Source of the DNA: an uncultured Bacteroidaceae bacterium
GTDB taxonomy: Bacteria > Bacteroidota > Bacteroidia > Bacteroidales > Bacteroidaceae
Direction of reading: 5' to 3'
Length of the DNA: 64,000 bases
NCBI GenBank assembly: GCA_905236065.1
Contig: CAJONZ010000065.1
Coordinates: 12,285 to 76,284, forward strand
Of the stretch, positions 51,052 through 57,488 are shown in pieces. The notes beneath the pieces are model-generated. The model worked only from the letters and a program-made list of their open reading frames with translations. It searched no databases and was not told the origin of the DNA. The stretch's first letter is position 1. Each line of letters begins with the position of its first letter. Both the position numbers and the translations under genes were made by a program.

Positions 51052-52428
51052 TTACCATTTCGTTGAAAAGATTTTAGGAGAGAAGTTCACAGAGAACCAT
51101 CCCCATCGAAGGTTACCGTCACCACGATCACGTTTCAGTCTTTCCATGGATTCGGAACCTGTCATATAAGTGAAACCCGCCGAGAAACTAACCAGGTCTT
51201 GCAGTTTATAAGATGCCGTCACCTCTATCTCATGGCCAAGCGTCATGTCCATGTCTTCAAGTTTCGTTGCCATGGCCAGATAATGGTAGGCCACACCGAT
51301 ATGCAGATTCTTGACAGGCTTGACGAAAGCACCGACAAAGGCATTCTGCAAACCCGGAGAGAAAGTATTGACGAAATTGCTGAGGTAGAAAAAGTCCATG
51401 GCACCATAGAACTTATGCTGAGAACCATAGACTGGCAGGAAATATTTTATTTTTTCATGCTTGGGCATTCCTAACGTTCCCGGTTTGGGCACAGGCATGT
51501 AGTCGTCACCACTCAGGTAGTCAAAACCCACTTGGAAACCAAACATGTCCCGGGGGGTCCAGGTAGCCAGGCCGCTGGCCATCCAAGCATCAATTTCAGC
51601 CCCTTCCTCGTTCCGGCCCATCTGCCGATAGTAGGAACCCTCTACCGACCAACGCTTGGGACGGAAGGAAATATATCCACCCACCACCTGCTGGTATTCT
51701 ATATGGGGAGCATAATCATTCTTTCCGCCTTCATAGCCCGCTTGCATACCCACATTCATTCCAAGCAACGACACACCCAGAGGCACCTTGGGCACATCGT
51801 AGTGATACCAAAGCGTATGCATCGTCTTGTAAGGCTGCACCCCGTTTTCCTTATTATAATAGGTACCGCCATCGACATTATTCGAATTTTGGTTATAGGC
51901 CAGAATGGCGTGAGCCTTATGGCCATGTCCCTCATAGCCCAGTTTGAACACATCGTGCGCAAGGGCGGTCATGGCCCAGTCGTTGGGGCCAATGATGCGC
52001 TCGTCGTCGTAGGCCAGAGCCTGACGACCCATTTGCATGAAAAGGCCCGTCTTGTCCGAAAGCTTTGCCCAAGCCTCAGAAAGGCTGAGGGCATTGTTTC
52101 CTTTCATGCCCCAGACACCCAAACTCTGTGCCACGACTTTGGCCTCCACGGCAAAACGGTTCAACGGTTTCTCCGCCGAAGCGAAATTCTTCCGAAAGTC
52201 CACGGTCAATCGTGCACGGTTCATCAAGAACTTAGCCTCGTTCTCCTTTTCCGAATCCCCATCACCTTCCCTGATCATTCCGCCGTTCCGAAGCTCACCG
52301 TGAGTCAGCATTTGCAAACCAATGTCAAATTGGTTTTCCTTATCTGCCTGCTGTCCCCACGCCGTAATTGGTAAAAGCAATACAACGGCCAAGCAACAGG
52401 GACGTATAAAAAACCTGTTGTGTTTCAT
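51052..52428 (-). CDS. Alginate-export (AlgE-like) family outer-membrane beta-barrel
   Basis: 458 aa with a signal peptide (LLLPITAWGQQ). MGRQALAYDDERIIGPNDWAMTALAHDVFKL resembles the GRQ...RliG..dW...r.fDg signature of the alginate-export family. Amphipathic strands throughout; aromatic C-terminus STKW. Confidence 0.6.
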   Translation of the reverse strand: MKHNRFFIRPCCLAVVLLLPITAWGQQADKENQFDIGLQMLTHGELRNGGMIREGDGDSEKENEAKFLMNRARLTVDFRKNFASAEKPLNRFAVEAKVVAQSLGVWGMKGNNALSLSEAWAKLSDKTGLFMQMGRQALAYDDERIIGPNDWAMTALAHDVFKLGYEGHGHKAHAILAYNQNSNNVDGGTYYNKENGVQPYKTMHTLWYHYDVPKVPLGVSLLGMNVGMQAGYEGGKNDYAPHIEYQQVVGGYISFRPKRWSVEGSYYRQMGRNEEGAEIDAWMASGLATWTPRDMFGFQVGFDYLSGDDYMPVPKPGTLGMPKHEKIKYFLPVYGSQHKFYGAMDFFYLSNFVNTFSPGLQNAFVGAFVKPVKNLHIGVAYHYLAMATKLEDMDMTLGHEIEVTASYKLQDLVSFSAGFTYMTGSESMERLKRDRGDGNLRWGWFSVNFSPKIFSTKW

Positions 52429-52456
52429 GGTAAATGGTATGTGTTTTCATTCAGAC

Positions 52457-52759
52457 CTATTCAAAATCAAACAGACTAATAAATCCTGTCAGTTTGAACA
52501 CGTCCTTGATGTCATCGTTCAGGTTGCGCATCACCACCCGGCTGCCTCCAGCCTTGGCACCCTTCATAATGCTGATTAAAATACGCAAACCGTTAGAAGC
52601 AATGTATTCCAGCTTCTCACAGTCAATAATGACATCCTTACCATCGGTCTTGTAAAGAGGCTGTAAAGTCTTCTCTGCCTCCAAAGCAGCCACCGTGTCC
52701 ATTTCTCCCTCAAGGCTGACAAAAAATTTGCCTTCTCTTTCTTCAATCGTTGTTTTCAT
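52457..52759 (-). CDS. STAS-domain anti-sigma-factor antagonist-like protein (RsbV/SpoIIAA type)
   Basis: 100 aa. VIIDCEKLEYIASNGLRILISI carries the conserved phosphorylatable Ser context (SNGL). Confidence 0.8.
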   Translation of the reverse strand: MKTTIEEREGKFFVSLEGEMDTVAALEAEKTLQPLYKTDGKDVIIDCEKLEYIASNGLRILISIMKGAKAGGSRVVMRNLNDDIKDVFKLTGFISLFDFE

Positions 52760-52802
52760 AATATATTATAAATTAAAAGTTTTCACAGTTCCCGCTCCAA
52801 AA

Positions 52803-52869
52803 TCCGGATGGCGTCCCTCCCCTAAGGGGGGAGGTTAGGAGGGGGCTTTCATTCTTCACTCTTCATTCT
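52803..52869. repeat. REP-like dispersed intergenic element, copy B, with a GAATGAAGA-type tail
   Basis: TCCGGATGGCGTCCCTCCCCTAAGGGGGGAGGTTAGGAGGGGG followed by CTTTCATTCTTCACTCTTCATTCTTCATTC. It contains the internal palindrome CCTCCCCTAAGGGGGGAGG. Confidence 0.7.
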
Positions 52870-55074
52870 TCATTCTCCAATCCTCTTCCTCAACGTCAAT
52901 ATATTCTTACCATCCACCCGCTCATAATTGATGCTGTCCATCAAATTCCTGACAAGGTGAATGCCTAATCCTCCTATCGGTCTCTCTTCCACAGACAATG
53001 TAGTATCTACCTGAAGCGCCTTCGTCGGGTCGAAAGGCACACCCGAATCAACAATGATAAACTTCAGCCAATGCCTGTCAGACTTGGCAAAGAGGGTGAT
53101 ACTGCCTTCCACTCCGATGGGATAGGCATAGTTCATCACATTGACCACAGCCTCTTCCACTGCCAATCGGACATTGCCCGCCAACTTTGCCTCCATATCC
53201 AGTTGAGTGGTCACATCCTTGATAAAGGTGTTCAACTGCTCTATCTTACGCAGGTCGTTCGTCAACGTCAGCGTCTCCGACAGCACATCCTGCTCCGTTT
53301 CCGGCGAGTAGAGTATGGCCAGCATGGTCAAGTCGTCACTTTGCTCTGCGTTTTCCACAAACGAATCCACAGCACCAGTCATCGTCTGCAACAGAAGATG
53401 AGGACGATTTTCAGGACTGCATGGCTGTAGCACCCCCTTGACCCTTTCCTCTCCAAACTGCTTATGCTGAAGATTCTTTGCCTCCGTCAGTCCGTCGGTG
53501 TATAAAAACAGCAGTGAGCCTGGCCGAAGCATGTATTCTTGCGCCTCATATTTCACATCCTCAAAGATGCCGACAGGCAGGTTGGGCTTTGCATCCAACA
53601 CTTCAGCCGTTCCCTTGCCCTGGGACATCCAGTCGCGGACAATCAACGGACGGTCATGACCGGCATTGCAATAGCGCAGTCGTCCCGTAGGCAAGTCGAG
53701 CACACCTAAGAAGAGCGTGACAAACATATTCGACTCGTTGCCATGACAGGAAGTCGCATTGATATCCTGCATCATGCGGGCAGGATTGTTTTCATGGGCC
53801 GAGGCAGAACGGAACAAAGAATGCGTTACCGCCATCAGCATGGCCGACGGAACACCTTTGCCACTCACGTCGCCGATGCAGAAAAACAGTTTCTCGTCGC
53901 GCAGGAAGAAGTCGAAAAGGTCGCCACCTACCTCACGGGCAGGCACCAACGAACCGGCCACACCGACGTCGCTCCGCATGATACTGTTCTCCCGTGGCAA
54001 CATCTGCGTCTGGATATCCTTTGCAATGCGTAGTTCGCTGCTAATCCGCTCCTGCTCCATCTCCGTCTCCTGCAACCGGCGCTGACTCCGTGCAAACAAC
54101 TGGATAATGAAGCCTAACACCACAAGGCCCGCCAAGGCCATCAACATGATATTGCCCCGCATCTGGTCCAGCTTGCCGAACGCTTCGTCGTCATAGCACA
54201 CGACCACCATCAGCCAACGGGGACTCTTCTTCTTCACAGCATAATACACATGGCCCGCATCCCCTCTCTCATCAACGAACGGAAAGCCTGTCACACGCCC
54301 ATTAACCCTTTCCTCCTTCACCACCGTGCTGTCATTCACCATGTTGACAATCTGCTGAACCAACTGCGGACTGGCCAAACTGTCTGCCGGACCGGCAATC
54401 AACTCGCCCGAATCTCCCATGACCAACGTGAAGGAAGAAGGGTAACGATGGTTCATGTTCACCACCTCGCCAATCCAGTCAATGTCGAGGTCAACAGCCA
54501 GCACGGCCACGGGCGTACCGCTTTCATCCTTTATGGGCATAGCATACGTGGTGACGACAGTCTGTGCGCCCTCTGCATCCAAATAGGCCGGCGACCAGTT
54601 GGTGATTTCGCCTTTCATGGCCAACTGATAGGGAAGCATTTGTGTATAGTCGTGCTTCTCTGAACCGATTTGCACCAAACAGGCATCATCCTCCGTCTGA
54701 CGGGCGTAGGGTTCATAAAGCCGCCCTTTCAATGGGTAATAATAAGGTTTGAAAGCAAGGGCAGCCCCGATGATGTTGTCGTGCTCATCCTTCACCATGT
54801 TGTAAAGCAACTGGTTCAAGTGTTCAGGGTCATCCAAGTTGGCCTCCACATGCCACTGTTGGTTACAGACAGCCACTTCTGCCATCGACATGATTTCCTG
54901 GATGCGAAGCGCCGAGGTAACCAACTCGAAAAAAGCACTCTTTTCCAGTTCCCTCTCCATCAGCTCCCGCGTATATTGGTAGCGGACGAGAGAGATAACC
55001 TCCAACAGCACAGCTGCCAGGATGACGATAACGAGCATGGCTCGTTTCCTTAACCACTCGAAAAGCTTTTTCAT
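52870..55074 (-). CDS. Membrane sensor: Cache-like extracytoplasmic domain, PP2C (SpoIIE/RsbU) phosphatase and RsbW-like HATPase kinase, fused
   Basis: 734 aa. Two TM helices flank a domain of about 270 aa with Cache-like features. PP2C motifs FCIGDVSGKGVPSAMLMA, LFLYTDGLTEA and SDDLTMLAI. The C-terminal 130 aa carry AVEEAVVNVMNYAY (N box), IVDSGVPFDP and IGGLGIHLVRNLMD (G boxes). A CAAAGGTA -7 box lies at 55095. Confidence 0.8.
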   Translation of the reverse strand: MKKLFEWLRKRAMLVIVILAAVLLEVISLVRYQYTRELMERELEKSAFFELVTSALRIQEIMSMAEVAVCNQQWHVEANLDDPEHLNQLLYNMVKDEHDNIIGAALAFKPYYYPLKGRLYEPYARQTEDDACLVQIGSEKHDYTQMLPYQLAMKGEITNWSPAYLDAEGAQTVVTTYAMPIKDESGTPVAVLAVDLDIDWIGEVVNMNHRYPSSFTLVMGDSGELIAGPADSLASPQLVQQIVNMVNDSTVVKEERVNGRVTGFPFVDERGDAGHVYYAVKKKSPRWLMVVVCYDDEAFGKLDQMRGNIMLMALAGLVVLGFIIQLFARSQRRLQETEMEQERISSELRIAKDIQTQMLPRENSIMRSDVGVAGSLVPAREVGGDLFDFFLRDEKLFFCIGDVSGKGVPSAMLMAVTHSLFRSASAHENNPARMMQDINATSCHGNESNMFVTLFLGVLDLPTGRLRYCNAGHDRPLIVRDWMSQGKGTAEVLDAKPNLPVGIFEDVKYEAQEYMLRPGSLLFLYTDGLTEAKNLQHKQFGEERVKGVLQPCSPENRPHLLLQTMTGAVDSFVENAEQSDDLTMLAILYSPETEQDVLSETLTLTNDLRKIEQLNTFIKDVTTQLDMEAKLAGNVRLAVEEAVVNVMNYAYPIGVEGSITLFAKSDRHWLKFIIVDSGVPFDPTKALQVDTTLSVEERPIGGLGIHLVRNLMDSINYERVDGKNILTLRKRIGE

Positions 55075-55094
55075 GTATCAAATTTATATGGGCA

Positions 55095-55102
55095 CAAAGG
55101 TA
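55095..55102 (-). promoter_or_regulatory. -7 box TACCTTTG at the head of the sensor/STAS/barrel/NRPS block
   Basis: CAAAGGTA on the plus strand, 21 nt upstream of start 55074. Confidence 0.5.
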
Positions 55103-55158
55103 GCGGAAAAAATCATTTTCCCCAACAAAAAACAATATTTTTTTGATATACAGCCTCC

Positions 55159-55632
55159 TTAATGCTTCATCGCCCGGTCCATCTCGCGGCGGTCTTCCTT
55201 CGCCTTCAACGTCTGCCGCTTGTCATACTCCTTCTTGCCCTTCGCATACGCAATGTCCAGTTTGGCCAACCCGTTCTCGTTAATATACAACTGTACAGGC
55301 ACAATCGTAAAGCCCGGTGCCTTTGAGTCCGATTCCAGATTGCGCAGTTCCTTCTTGTTCAACAGCAGCTTACGCTCCCTGCGTTCCAGATGGTTATTGT
55401 ACGAACCCGCCAGATACTGCGCCACATACATATTCTTCACCCACAACTCCCCATTGACAAAATAGCAATATGTATCCACCAGGCTCGCCTTGCCCGCACG
55501 GATGCTCTTCACCTCCGTACCCGTCAAGACAATCCCCGCCGTATAGGTATCAATAAACTCAAAATCAAAAGCCGCCCGCTTGTTCTTAATCAGCACGGCA
55601 GCATTCTTTATCGTGTCCTTCTTCTTTGCCAT
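55159..55632 (-). CDS. smpB: SsrA-binding protein
   Basis: Start moved to ATG 55632 ([45 protein letters not shown]). Confidence 0.9.
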   Translation of the reverse strand: MAKKKDTIKNAAVLIKNKRAAFDFEFIDTYTAGIVLTGTEVKSIRAGKASLVDTYCYFVNGELWVKNMYVAQYLAGSYNNHLERRERKLLLNKKELRNLESDSKAPGFTIVPVQLYINENGLAKLDIAYAKGKKEYDKRQTLKAKEDRREMDRAMKH

Positions 55633-55701
55633 TTTTCGCTTTTCACTTTTTTTACAATCATCCGCAATCATCCGACAACGCCCCAAAGGGGCAATGAGCC
55701 A

Positions 55702-56220
55702 TCAACCCTGGGCATCGCCCTGGGGAACTATAAACCTCTCTTTGTGTTCCACTACATATTGCGCCACGGCTGGAGTCGTTTCCTCCTGGAAATCATCCAG
55801 AAAGTCATCCCCCAACTCGTTCAGCTCCTCCAGCTGCTCATAAAGCGCCATGAACTCCTCGTCGCTCATTTCAGCCTCCAGCACCTCGCGATTCCGATGA
55901 TACTCCGACTTCACGCTGTAAATCAGCTTCGAAAGTTCCTTCATCCCCCACTCCTTCTTCAACACATACGGGAACGGCCCTTCCAGCACATATCCCGCAT
56001 ACCCATTCAGAATCAGCTGGATGAAACCACCCTCCATCACCTCCTCCAACAGATACCTGTATGCCAGCAGCGTATGCTGGTCGGTGTTCAGCATACCCAT
56101 GTTCTCTGCCGTCAGCCCACCGCCGACAGATACCAAATAAGCATCCGTTACATACACAATAAAGTCCGCAGCGGACAACTCCTCATATTTTTGCAGGATG
56201 TCAGACTCGCTCAATGCCAT
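55702..56220 (-). CDS. DMP19/DUF4375-like protein
   Basis: Start moved to ATG 56220 (MALSESDIL...). YRYLLEEVMEGGFIQLILNGYAG matches the NGGF.Q core of the family. A CAAAGTTA -7 box lies at 56251. Confidence 0.5.
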   Translation of the reverse strand: MALSESDILQKYEELSAADFIVYVTDAYLVSVGGGLTAENMGMLNTDQHTLLAYRYLLEEVMEGGFIQLILNGYAGYVLEGPFPYVLKKEWGMKELSKLIYSVKSEYHRNREVLEAEMSDEEFMALYEQLEELNELGDDFLDDFQEETTPAVAQYVVEHKERFIVPQGDAQG

Positions 56221-56250
56221 AATTTTCTCTTTTTTTTCAATATCTCCGTG

Positions 56251-56258
56251 CAAAGTTA
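56251..56258 (-). promoter_or_regulatory. -7 box TAACTTTG (DMP19-like gene / smpB)
   Basis: CAAAGTTA on the plus strand, 31 nt upstream of start 56220. Confidence 0.45.
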
Positions 56259-56333
56259 CAAATTTAAAACATTACGACAGAAGAAGTTTACGGAAAAAGA
56301 ACAAAATAAGAGCAGAAGATTTTTTGTTCCGAA

Positions 56334-56501
56334 CTCAAAATCTTCCCACGCCGAACTGAAAAAGTTTATTCTCGTCGCCATATTTTTTATTCTCGACGAT
56401 AATATTAAATATGACGGCGATATATTTTTTATTCCCGTCGAGAATAAACTTTTTCAGCCCAGCGTCGGAACATTTTATGTCAAGCGTGAGAAGATTTTGA
56501 G
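56334..56501. repeat. Imperfect palindromic element of about 170 bp carrying TTATTCYCGWCG motifs
   Basis: The outer arm CTCAAAATCTTCCCACG pairs with CGTGAGAAGATTTTGAG. The inner arm TGAAAAAGTTTATTCTCGTCG pairs with CGTCGAGAATAAACTTTTTCA. Three copies of the TTATTC(T/C)CG(T/A)CG motif lie inside. Confidence 0.75.
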
Positions 56502-56640
56502 CAGGGCATGGGGAAACATTTTCCGCTCGATTGCATCTAAAATAGGAAATAATGTGTAGCTTTCTTTTAATGAAAAAAGTCTGAATCATCCCATCATCGG
56601 GACGATGCACATTCGTTGCGCATCGCCTCCGATATCTTTA

Positions 56641-56737
56641 GCCCCCTCCTAACTTTCCGAAGTTCCCAGCCCCCAAAATGGGAGAGGGATGACTTTCGTA
56701 TCAGCACCCCCTTTGGGGGTTGGGGCCTAAATGGAAA
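56641..56737. repeat. REP-like dispersed intergenic element, diverged copy C
   Basis: It begins GCCCCCTCCTAAC as in copies A and B and contains the hairpin CCCCCTTTGGGGG. Confidence 0.5.
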
Positions 56738-56843
56738 AAAATGAGAGGCGGGGCTTTGTGCTTTGCGGGTTTATTCGTAACTTCGCCCACGAAATTCTAA
56801 AAGTTAATAGTTAGAAGTTAAAAATTAAAATAAAGAGGGAACT

Positions 56844-57488
56844 ATGAGACGTTTTTTAGCAATGATGGGACTGTGCTGCCTGACGATACAGGCGACATGG
56901 GCACAGAAGTACACGAATGAGTATGCGAAGGATTTACAGAAGCTGGCGGCGAAGTGGGTGAAGCGGGGCGAATGGAAGAACGGCTTCACAAAGGCTGTGC
57001 CGGCAGAGCAGGTGAACCTTGTGGAGTTTTACATCCAGTACCAGCGCAACCCGGAGGAGTGGAAGGCACTGTTCCGGTGGTTACAGGAGAACGACCTGCT
57101 GAGTGTGCCCGGCGGACGCATCCCCATTCCAGGTACGGAACTAACGGTGAGCGTGGAAGACGGCGAGAACTGGTGTTCGGAGGCAGACCTGCGAGCCGGC
57201 AAGGGCAGCGAGAGCCACGAAAAGAAGATTGACTTTATGTACGTGGTGAAGGGCACGGAGGGTTTCTGCCGTCTGGACCACGAAACTTCAACCGTCAACA
57301 CGCCTTACAACCGAGAGAAGGATCGCATGGACTATAAGTTTGAGTCCGACCGTCTGGAGCGGTTCAACTCAGTGCCAGGCACATTCAATATCATGTTCCC
57401 ATGCGACTGGCACGTGGCAAAGGTAAAGACGCAGGAGGAGAGCCAGAAGCTGCGTGTGTTGGTGATTAAGGTGAATTACAAGTTATGA
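56844..57488 (+). CDS. YhcH/YjgK/YiaL (DUF386) family protein, secreted
   Basis: 214 aa with a signal peptide. SESHEKKIDFMYVVKGTEG and FNIMFPCDWHVAKV fit the DUF386 cupin-like pattern. Confidence 0.6.
   Translation: MRRFLAMMGLCCLTIQATWAQKYTNEYAKDLQKLAAKWVKRGEWKNGFTKAVPAEQVNLVEFYIQYQRNPEEWKALFRWLQENDLLSVPGGRIPIPGTELTVSVEDGENWCSEADLRAGKGSESHEKKIDFMYVVKGTEGFCRLDHETSTVNTPYNREKDRMDYKFESDRLERFNSVPGTFNIMFPCDWHVAKVKTQEESQKLRVLVIKVNYKL

Noticed and set aside
55390-56610. 389-aa plus-strand ORF 55390..56559 and 91-aa minus-strand ORF 56335..56610
   Set aside because: The first is antisense to smpB and the DMP19-like gene and then runs through the palindromic element. The second is mostly the translated palindrome. 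Neither has protein-like features.
55159-56843. Looked for a tmRNA (ssrA) gene next to smpB
   Set aside because: I saw no tRNA-like acceptor/T-arm sequence or tag-peptide reading frame in the flanking intergenic regions.
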